A DNA stretch of 32,000 nt, from contig JAFGBS010000004.1 of the NCBI GenBank assembly GCA_016933055.1, forward strand, positions 394,972-426,971, in the 5' to 3' direction. The first letter of the stretch is position 1; each line of letters starts with the position of its first letter. Under the pieces are notes generated by a model, which searched no databases, was not told the DNA's origin, and saw nothing but the letters and a program-made list of their open reading frames with translations. The translations under genes were made by a program, and so were the position numbers. Shown one piece after another: positions 9,450-17,454 of the stretch. Origin of the DNA: Promethearchaeota archaeon (lineage in GTDB: Archaea; Asgardarchaeota; Lokiarchaeia; Sigyniarchaeales; Promethearchaeaceae).

Positions 9450-10739
9450 TTATAGATTTTCGCTACTGGCGGGTGGAGTTTTTTCACTCGGAGGTTGGGT
9501 TGTATGAATCTCATCAAATTTAAAGATAGGAGTCGATAAACCTAGGATTATGAAAGAAATTATGGAAAGTATTGGTGTCAAGATAAATTGGAACCAAATC
9601 CCCGTAAATTCTGCAAGTGCTCCCCAAATAATTAAACCTAATGGCATAATTGATTTAATAAGGGTAAATAAACTGGAAAATATCCGACCTTGATATTCTC
9701 GCGGAATAACGATTTGTAAAATAGTGATCAATTGCGTGTCGATAAAAGTTATACACAATCCCAGAACAAACCCCACTACATAAATCGCCCAAAAATTCCA
9801 AGAAACCGTATTTGGAATTGCTGCGAGTGCTAAAAGCACGAATGAGTTTATAAATGCCCAGATAACCACCCCTTTCATTTTTGGCTGTTTTTTAATTAGC
9901 ATCAAGATTAGTCCCCCGATAAAAAACCCTACTTGAACAGAAGCCATCAAAAAACCAAATTCTCGTTCAAGTCCACCGTGATAATTTTGTAATAATAAAG
10001 GTAAAAGGCTAAACAAGGGAACCACAAAGAAATTGGCTAATCCAAATAGGATAAAAGGTGGTATTAATTTTGTTTCATGCATATATCGGACAGAAATTTT
10101 GAAATCCTCAAGAAAATGAAGTTTTCCGGTGCCTTGTGTTGCTACCCTTGGAATTTTCACGATTAACAATACAATCAGAGTCGGTACACACGTAATTACA
10201 TCAAACCAATAAATCTGGTTAATCGGCATAATTTGTATGAGGAATGCTCCGGCTATTGGGGTAACAATTGAGAGAAGTGCCATAAAAACCCGATCGAAAG
10301 CATTTATTTTTTGAATAAACTTCTTGGGCACCATTAAAGAGTTTAGACTAACTGCAACCGGCATCTGGAACCCTTGACATATTCCTCTAATTCCCATAAG
10401 AACTAAAATCTGCCAAATTTCGAAAATTCCGAAAAAGAAAAGCATTATCAGCACAAAAGTAGCAAATGCTTGAACCGCATCAGAAATGAAAAGAATTTTG
10501 TTCTTGGATCGCCGATCTGCAATCACCCCAGCAAAGGGGGATACAAGTATCATCGGCACCATATTCGATATGGTTGATAAAGATAGAATCAGAGAACTTC
10601 CTGTTTCGATTGTCAGAAACCATGTCACACTAAAGGATACGAGTTGAGAACCAATTAAAGAAATGTACTGAGTAGCCCATAACCATAAAAATTGCTTAAA
10701 AGTCTTTCTTGGGATGGACACTTCATTTAAGTTTTCCAT
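9450..10739 (-). CDS. MFS transporter (MefA/EntS-like efflux family)
   Basis: LWATQYISLIGSQL, motif A GVIADRRSK, REYQGRIFS, about 12 TM. ATG 10739 is preferred over the track start at 10811. Confidence 0.9.
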   Translation of the reverse strand: MENLNEVSIPRKTFKQFLWLWATQYISLIGSQLVSFSVTWFLTIETGSSLILSLSTISNMVPMILVSPFAGVIADRRSKNKILFISDAVQAFATFVLIMLFFFGIFEIWQILVLMGIRGICQGFQMPVAVSLNSLMVPKKFIQKINAFDRVFMALLSIVTPIAGAFLIQIMPINQIYWFDVITCVPTLIVLLIVKIPRVATQGTGKLHFLEDFKISVRYMHETKLIPPFILFGLANFFVVPLFSLLPLLLQNYHGGLEREFGFLMASVQVGFFIGGLILMLIKKQPKMKGVVIWAFINSFVLLALAAIPNTVSWNFWAIYVVGFVLGLCITFIDTQLITILQIVIPREYQGRIFSSLFTLIKSIMPLGLIIWGALAEFTGIWFQFILTPILSIISFIILGLSTPIFKFDEIHTTQPPSEKTPPASSENL

Positions 10740-10789
10740 ATGTATACCAAGAATTCCCGAATAAATATCCTTCGATATGTTATGCAGTG

Positions 10790-10975
10790 GAGATGTTGCT
10801 AGCGAATGCAAAATCCAAAGTACAAAATGCTACCTTCTTTCAAGCTAAAGCAGAATTATTATCCTTCGATTCAGAGTACTTCGATTACCTTTATTGTTCT
10901 TTCGCGTTTCATCATTTTACCAATGATGCTTAGGTACTCCAGAAGATGTATCGGGTATTAATGCCACTCGGGGAT
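10790..10975 (+). pseudogene. Fragment of a class I SAM-dependent methyltransferase gene
   Basis: EMLLANAKSKVQNATFFQAKAELLSFDSEYFDYLYCSFAFHHFTNDA*VLQKMYRVLMPLG. UbiE-like C-terminal motifs with an in-frame stop; motif I is missing. Confidence 0.7.
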
Positions 10976-11215
10976 TGCTAAAAAACATTACCACAAGTTC
11001 TGAATTTCTGGATGGCCGGTATATCAATCAATTCTTTCCCGAATCCAAAAAAATTGACATTGATAGATGTGGAAAGCTACTTAGATTTTATAATCATTAG
11101 ATCGGTTGGATTAGCCTTCACTCATGCGAATTTTTTTTCCGAGTGTCTGTTTATACAGCCATTGTTTCACCATTCTTAAATAGATATATATGTATGCATA
11201 GTGGTTTGCGATAAT

Positions 11216-12832
11216 ATGGATGCATTCCGGTATTCTTTATATATATCTGTAGGATTCGGGCTGTTGGTCTTTATTTGCTGCTTATTAAGTTCAAAAAAAA
11301 GGGCTGATTACGAGGATTATAGAAGGGAAAAATGGAACAAATATGTTTCTTTTCAAGACCCCGAGCTAAGAAAATCCTTGGAACACGATATCATTGTATC
11401 AACAGATGAAGAATTTGAGGCATTTTTGGTTTCTTTGCGTTCTTCGGTCAAGTATAGACGGGATAAAAACGGTTTACGCATTAGAAAAAACATATGCATG
11501 TTTATCAACAATATCTGGATGAATTCGTATTCGGAAAAAGGTAGAAAAATTTACAAACGATTGAAAAAACTAGAAGAAATTGTCCCATTACTCAAACGAG
11601 TTTATTTTGGGCCTAAATACACCCCCATTATTTATCGAGAACGAAAATATGAGAAATCCTATCAAAGGCGGAAGTTTAATTTCCCGCTCCAACCGGATTC
11701 CACGGCTCCAAAACTCGATACAATAATTGATGTAGCATATCACCTTCAAACCTCAATTCGCTTGATTCTTGCCATTATTTATACTCAATCGCATTCACGC
11801 GATCGTAATTATGTTAAAATCACTCAAATCGACAAGGCTTTGCATCAAAAGGGGAACTCTTACCTTAGGGTGGTTGGTTCTCCTATAGCTAGACATGTGG
11901 ATATTGATCAATCATTCATCTTAAAGGACAAGAGGGGAAAGGTCCCTAAAAACGCAAAAACAACCGATCCACAAGATGCTTATTTAGAATATAAAGAACT
12001 GGATAGTAATTTTTATACACGGAAAACGTTAGTAAAACCTAATGGCAGAAAACGATTAATAGCCGTTCCCAATGAGAAATTGCGATCCTTCCAGCGAATT
12101 ATCCTCAAGACTATTCTTGAAAAGGCAGCCCTTCCTGATGTGTGTACGGGTTTTACAAAGACTCGTTCTACCGTGACCAATGCAGAATTTCATGTGGGTG
12201 CGCAAACTCTAGTAAAAGTTGATTTGCATAATTTTTTCAATAACTTGTCTCTTGACCATGTATTTGAGGTATTCCGAGGATTTGGATATAATCGTCCTGT
12301 TTCGGGGATTTTGGCAAATTTATGCACGGATTATTACAGAAGTCGTCGGTATTTACCTCAAGGAGCATCTACAAGTCCCATGATTGCGAATCTGTACGCA
12401 TTGCATTTAGATAGACGTCTAGAAGGACTTGCGAACAAGTATGATTTGATCTACTCTCGATATGCAGATGATCTCACCTTTTCTTCTAAGGATCCCAAGA
12501 TTCGTGTAAGAACCTTTATCCAAGCGGTATACAAAATCATAAAAAGTGAAAAATTATACCCGAATTATCAAAAAACCAAAGTATATCGCAAGCAGCATAA
12601 AAAATCTGTTACGGGTATCACAGTAAATGAGAAAGTGAACATTGATCGAAAGTGGGTAAACGCATTTCGGGGTGAACTCTATCGCTATTCAAAATTCGGT
12701 GTGCCGGAAGAAGATAGGTTTAGAATCGTGCATCAAATGCACGGAAAATTTGCCTTTCTGAAAATGGTTAATCCTGAAGTTGCAAAGAAATATGAGACAC
12801 AAATATCCAAATTCATTGCTGAAAATTCATGA
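11216..12832 (+). CDS. Retron-type reverse transcriptase with N-terminal transmembrane helix and long extension
   Basis: KPNGRKRLIAVP, NAEFH (retron NAxxH), KVDLHNFF, LPQGASTSP, YADD, VTGITVN (retron VTG). Hydrophobic stretch YSLYISVGFGLLVFICCLL at the N-terminus. ATG 11216 lies ~25 nt after TATATA (11185-11190); the track uses GTG 11201. Confidence 0.92.
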   Translation: MDAFRYSLYISVGFGLLVFICCLLSSKKRADYEDYRREKWNKYVSFQDPELRKSLEHDIIVSTDEEFEAFLVSLRSSVKYRRDKNGLRIRKNICMFINNIWMNSYSEKGRKIYKRLKKLEEIVPLLKRVYFGPKYTPIIYRERKYEKSYQRRKFNFPLQPDSTAPKLDTIIDVAYHLQTSIRLILAIIYTQSHSRDRNYVKITQIDKALHQKGNSYLRVVGSPIARHVDIDQSFILKDKRGKVPKNAKTTDPQDAYLEYKELDSNFYTRKTLVKPNGRKRLIAVPNEKLRSFQRIILKTILEKAALPDVCTGFTKTRSTVTNAEFHVGAQTLVKVDLHNFFNNLSLDHVFEVFRGFGYNRPVSGILANLCTDYYRSRRYLPQGASTSPMIANLYALHLDRRLEGLANKYDLIYSRYADDLTFSSKDPKIRVRTFIQAVYKIIKSEKLYPNYQKTKVYRKQHKKSVTGITVNEKVNIDRKWVNAFRGELYRYSKFGVPEEDRFRIVHQMHGKFAFLKMVNPEVAKKYETQISKFIAENS

Positions 12833-12851
12833 AACAAAAAAGAAAAAAGAA

Positions 12852-12986
12852 GTCCCTGCCAACAGATTTATGTTTTACCCTTGGTAAAATTCAACGAAAG
12901 ACGCTTATTTCGTTGAATATTGTTGATAATGTACATGTTCGTAGTCCACCACGATGGTTCATCGCAGCTCATTAGACGCCAGGGAC
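12852..12986 (+). ncRNA. Candidate retron msr-msd RNA located downstream of the RT
   Basis: Terminal inverted repeat GTCCCTG (12852-12858)/CAGGGAC (12980-12986); adjacent perfect hairpins TTTTACC/GGTAAAA (12873-12889) and ATTCAACGAAA/TTTCGTTGAAT (12889-12918); imperfect hairpin region 12927-12974. Confidence 0.6.
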
Positions 12987-13542
12987 ATAATATTCATACT
13001 TTCTATACTTTTATGCATAATTATTATTCTATTATTAAATAATCCTCAAAAGAAGCGATTCTCTTCTTTCAATATCTTAAGCTTTAGGACTCCTGCGTCT
13101 TATAGGTTTTAACCAGTGAAATATGGATTTTAGTTTAACTGGAACATCCGACATCGAACCGCAACCTTAGAGGTCTTTATAATCAATTGCGCGATTTTGC
13201 AAATCGTCTTTCTTTAACGAAAATATCCCAAATAATTTGCGTGCACCAATTGTGTTCCCAGCAATATTCCTGTCTTCATAAATATTCAGAAAGTGATTTT
13301 TAAGCAGTTAAGGCATAAAATGAGAATATCACAATACCAGGGAGAAACTGAATAAACTATGCCCAGAAATTTGCCATAGCTATTCCCAGATTTCCTGAAT
13401 ATATACCATTCGATATAAGGTTTATAAATTATCTGGTTACCCGCAATCTATTCGACTATTTACCTATGCACAATATTTCAACCACGGAAGAAAAAGAAAA
13501 TAGAGAGAATTGGGATGGACAGGTATACTTTCTTCCTCTCGA

Positions 13543-14844
13543 TTAGGTCTTAATCAGCTTCTTTCCCTTCAAGAGGTAAGGCGTGAATTTAATCAAAGAA
13601 GGACATACATACGAACACAATCCACAATCGATACAAACCTCGACGTGCAATTTTTTCAACAAAGTTACGTTTTCTTTTTTGGTTGCTTCCATGATCAATT
13701 GCGGATAAATATCAACCGGACACACGATATTGCAATAATTGCACCGAATACATGGAATCTCATCTGCGTAGGGTTTTGATCGGTCTTTAGAAAACCCGGT
13801 AATGGCGGTCGTCCCTTTTTCTATCGGAATATTTAAACTTTCGAGAGATGGTCCCATAAAAATGGAACCCATAATGGTTTTTTCAAATATCGTGGGAGAT
13901 ATGTTCAAAAAGTTGAAGATATGTTCAATTGGCGTACCGATTCGTACCCATAAGTTTTCTCCACCTGTTTGTTCGGAATAAAAGGTAATTCCGCGTGATA
14001 CTAACGGCAGTCCTTCATAAACCGCTTCATAAACCGCGTAAACTGTTGCAATATTGTGCACTACTATACCAATCTCTGGAGGATAATGCCCTTGCGGAAC
14101 TTCGTAACCCAATATCTCCTTGATGAGTAATTTTTCGCTTCCAATAGAATAGTTGGGACGCATCCGAACTACTCGAATGCCATGTTCTTGCAATATTGCA
14201 TCTAAATGAGGGGTCATTCCCTCTTTAGTCCGGGTAGCAACTATTATATCATGCACGTTTAAGATTTTGGCCATTACTTGGATACCCTTAAGTACTTCAT
14301 CAGGTTTTTCCACCATTAATCGATAATCAGATGAGGTGTTAGGATCGCTTTCTTTGGCATTAATTATCAGATTAGTAATACGGTTAGGGGTTCCTAACTT
14401 AAGATGAGTGGGGTAGGTTGCCCCTCCTAACCCTACGATGCCTGCTTTTTTCACACGATTAAGGAGATCTTCCTTGGATGCAGTCTCGGGATTCAATTTT
14501 TCGAATACTTGATTGGTTTTTGCATCTTCGGTTTGGATTTTTATGATTTGCTCTACCTTATTTGAAAACGGATTCTTTTGGGTGGTGATATCTATAACTT
14601 TCCCGTTTACGGGACTATGAACGGCTGCATAAACTTTTTGATTTTCTTCTAAATCTCCGAGTATTTGACCAAATTTAACTGAATCGCCTATTTGAACTTG
14701 AGGTTGTGTTGGAACCCCCAAATGTTGTTTTAAATACACACTCATAATTTCTGCGGGGGGAACGATCTTGACGGGTTTTTCTGCAACGCTTTCTTTTATC
14801 CCCAGTGTAATCTCAAATCTTCCTTTTTCTTTGAAACTTTTCAT
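13543..14844 (-). CDS. rnfC: RnfC/RsxC-like NADH/FMN-binding Fe-S subunit
   Basis: LKQHLG, VHSPVNGKV, GIVGLGGATYPTHLK, GSEKLLI, and two CxxCxxCxxxCP ferredoxin motifs (CIRCNYCNIVCP, CIDCGLCSYVCP). Confidence 0.9.
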   Translation of the reverse strand: MKSFKEKGRFEITLGIKESVAEKPVKIVPPAEIMSVYLKQHLGVPTQPQVQIGDSVKFGQILGDLEENQKVYAAVHSPVNGKVIDITTQKNPFSNKVEQIIKIQTEDAKTNQVFEKLNPETASKEDLLNRVKKAGIVGLGGATYPTHLKLGTPNRITNLIINAKESDPNTSSDYRLMVEKPDEVLKGIQVMAKILNVHDIIVATRTKEGMTPHLDAILQEHGIRVVRMRPNYSIGSEKLLIKEILGYEVPQGHYPPEIGIVVHNIATVYAVYEAVYEGLPLVSRGITFYSEQTGGENLWVRIGTPIEHIFNFLNISPTIFEKTIMGSIFMGPSLESLNIPIEKGTTAITGFSKDRSKPYADEIPCIRCNYCNIVCPVDIYPQLIMEATKKENVTLLKKLHVEVCIDCGLCSYVCPSLIKFTPYLLKGKKLIKT

Positions 14845-15890
14845 CTTAGGCTCCTCCTTTGTTTCTTCGATTTGAACCCGTACGGTTTCCGAAATCCGAT
14901 TTTGTCCAAGAAAGGTGTCGCTAAATTTAATAATACGAGTGCGAAAATGGATCCTCCCAGCACATTCAAAAGTTGCAAGAAAAACGTGATCACTGCTAGG
15001 GCAACTCCAAAAATTATTTGAGATATTTCCGGGAGGGGCGTCGATTGAGGTTCTGTCGCCATAAAGAATACCATGAAGATAAAACTCCCCGTGAATACGT
15101 GAAAACTAATCCGTAACAGTATATCATCTCTTACAATTAACCCAAACACTACGGCTAAGCCGATCATGGTCAATAGTGCACTACCCACTATACGCCATTT
15201 ATATCGTAACCACACAACAGCGATGGATCCTACAATTAATACTAAAATCCCGCAGGCACCTCCGATCCATCCATGAGTTTGCCAAAATAAAAGGCTGGCG
15301 GTAGCGGATAAGTCCCGACCAAAAATTGTTACTCGTTGAAAGATCCACATAGATGCTTCGAATCCTTCAGCGGTCCAAAGATTAAGATCTAAGTGATGCG
15401 GGTGAAATAGCTGTCCAATTGAAAGAGATTCCTCCCAAAATAGCATGATTGACAATAACCCTAACAGTACTGTTTTCGCTCCCGCGGCAGGATTAATGTA
15501 TTTTCGGATAAACAACCAGTTTTGTCCAAATTTGAAAACAAGAACTGTGACCAAAGCTACTGCGGCGGTGATATAAAAGGGACCGGCAATAGGCATTGCT
15601 AACCCTACAATCATTCCTGCAACCAGTGTTGACGTGTAAGAATCATACGATACGGGTTTTTTTTTCCATTTTTGAAAGGATATTATTAAGGTGTGAATGA
15701 CGAAAACCGTACCTAAGGCTGTAAGAATATGAATTAACGCATTTATCCCCATGATTATACTGGAGCCGATCGCTATGATACTCAGCATGAGAAAGGTTTT
15801 TAGCATTAGTTCATCCTTGGAAAATCCCATGTGAATATGGGGAGGTCGAATTCCTTCAAATTGCATGGGTGATCTCTCTTCTACGGTCAT
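14841..15890 (-). CDS. rnfD: RnfD/NqrB-like membrane subunit
   Basis: PPHIH N-terminus, STLVAGMIVGLAMP, NPAAG, FFMATEPQSTP, LLNLATPFLDK; 4-nt overlap with rnfC. Confidence 0.87.
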   Translation of the reverse strand: MTVEERSPMQFEGIRPPHIHMGFSKDELMLKTFLMLSIIAIGSSIIMGINALIHILTALGTVFVIHTLIISFQKWKKKPVSYDSYTSTLVAGMIVGLAMPIAGPFYITAAVALVTVLVFKFGQNWLFIRKYINPAAGAKTVLLGLLSIMLFWEESLSIGQLFHPHHLDLNLWTAEGFEASMWIFQRVTIFGRDLSATASLLFWQTHGWIGGACGILVLIVGSIAVVWLRYKWRIVGSALLTMIGLAVVFGLIVRDDILLRISFHVFTGSFIFMVFFMATEPQSTPLPEISQIIFGVALAVITFFLQLLNVLGGSIFALVLLNLATPFLDKIGFRKPYGFKSKKQRRSLR

Positions 15891-15910
15891 ATGTATTGTA
15901 TTGAGGGCTG

Positions 15911-15978
15911 TATAATTAAATATAATTAAATCCCCGTAGGTGATATTCTAATTATGACATTTTATAGATCCCCTACGG
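15911..15978 (-). promoter_or_regulatory. Candidate rnfD promoter/operator
   Basis: Exact tandem TATAATTAAA x2 (15911-15930; TTTAATTATA on the - strand) 20-40 nt before the rnfD ATG, plus a CCGTAGG/CCTACGG inverted repeat (15934-15940/15972-15978). Confidence 0.45.
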
Positions 15979-16515
15979 ATGACGTTAAAAAAAGGGAACA
16001 ATAAATCCATTTACGCTTAGATTGAATAGTTTGAACTGATTGAATGTTTTGAGTATATTGGAGTATACAGGTATCTCCGCTAGTATATACTATAATTTTG
16101 GAATAATCCCGGTTATTTCTCCCAATGTGAAAGGCTGAACCGAGATCCAGACTTTAATAGTAATCGGATCTCATTGGAAGATTAGATTGTTTGGAGGATC
16201 CGTTACTCCCTCCCTACAGATATCCGAGGAACAGGGAAAATATTCTCCCTTAATCACATTGGTTTTTAAAAGAATAGGTTCCTTGATTTCTGAGACAATA
16301 TGATCAGTTTAAACGCTAAATTAATCGAATCGCGGGAATTTCCCCCTTTCCTTTCCAATCCGATCGAACTGCTGTATAAAGAAATCTGGTTGAGTTTCTC
16401 CGGGAATTCCGTATTTTGCTAAGGTTTTATTATTTTATATTGGGGCAATAATAACGAGATGATATTGGAATTTCGCATTCTTATGCAAAACAATATTTTC
16501 TTCTTGTTATGATAT

Positions 16516-17145
16516 ATGTATATGAAGCGTAAACAAAGGATCTGGTCAATTATCGGAATTTTCCTCCTATGCATCATTCTCGGATTTGGAGGATTTATTT
16601 TATACAAACTTGCCCCAGCTCACTGGAATTCCGAACAAGTAGAATTTATTTTACCTATTGCAGAAGATGATCTTCAATATGTTTATCAAATTAATGGATG
16701 GGGTATCAAGCTAGGGGGAGGTTTTCATAATGGTATCGATTTTGATGTTAATAAAAGTGTAGAAATCATAGCATGGTGCGATTTGCGCATAAATAGTATT
16801 CACATTTTTTATAATGATGTAAATGGTCGTTGGCAAACTAACGTACTCTGTTCATATAACTGGAAATACCGATTTGATGTCGCATTTGAGAATTGGGCAT
16901 TTAACGAAACAGCAGCTCAACTACAAAAAAATGCACTTAATGTAAAACCGGGACAAATCATATCTCAAGGAGAATCATTTGGAACGTTATTAGCATTTAT
17001 CAATGTAACTCATCTGCATTTTGGATTAGAAGAAAGTGGTGAAAGCGTCTGTCCATTCAATTATATGACAAGTTTAGCACAATCACAATTCACAACATTG
17101 TACTCTCTGTACGGTAATGAGGGTGAGGATATATGTTCCGTATAA
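16516..17145 (+). CDS. M23 family metallopeptidase-like protein with N-terminal membrane anchor
   Basis: HNGID (HxxxD) and HLH (HxH) zinc motifs, VKPGQIISQGESFG barrel segment, N-terminal TM helix. Confidence 0.75.
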   Translation: MYMKRKQRIWSIIGIFLLCIILGFGGFILYKLAPAHWNSEQVEFILPIAEDDLQYVYQINGWGIKLGGGFHNGIDFDVNKSVEIIAWCDLRINSIHIFYNDVNGRWQTNVLCSYNWKYRFDVAFENWAFNETAAQLQKNALNVKPGQIISQGESFGTLLAFINVTHLHFGLEESGESVCPFNYMTSLAQSQFTTLYSLYGNEGEDICSV

Positions 17146-17364
17146 GAAATTGAACTGTAATTACGACCATATTATGTAGTGACTATTAAATTTAGAAATG
17201 ATTTAGTAACAGTTATCGATGACTAGATGAAAAATTGATTCCATCCTACTTTTTTTTCCGCAACCTACATTCAGATCTTGAAACTAACATTACCACTTAT
17301 TCGAATTTTATAATTACCTGCCTAAAATATCTCTATTTATCATATTTCCTCACCTTATGGCATG

Positions 17365-17405
17365 CAATTAATATAGTGAGAGCTTTCAAGGTCGCATGAA
17401 CTGGA
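17365..17405 (-). pseudogene. Remnant copy of part of the upstream surface-protein gene
   Basis: 41 nt matching 17771-17811 with 3 mismatches ([13 protein letters not shown] vs [13 protein letters not shown]). Confidence 0.7.
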
Positions 17406-17454
17406 TTACATGAATTCAGTATTTTATTGTAGAAAAAAAAGATGGAAATAATAT

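Noticed and set aside
10709-10933. Track ORF as an intact gene
   Set aside because: It overlaps the MFS start on the other strand; only its 3' half is meaningful, as a methyltransferase remnant.
5710-12832. Large structured RNA as the template of the RT
   Set aside because: It is about 4.8 kb away with unrelated genes in between, and a better-placed candidate lies directly after the RT.
13119-13552. Broken + strand ORF pieces after the RT as a retron effector
   Set aside because: Several stops and frameshifts, no domain recognised; at most a decayed gene. Worth rechecking if homologous RT loci have a gene here.
16040-16420. Coding-like pieces on the - strand upstream of rnfD as a missing rnf subunit
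   Set aside because: Interrupted by stops, and no RnfG/E/A/B motifs or TM pattern.
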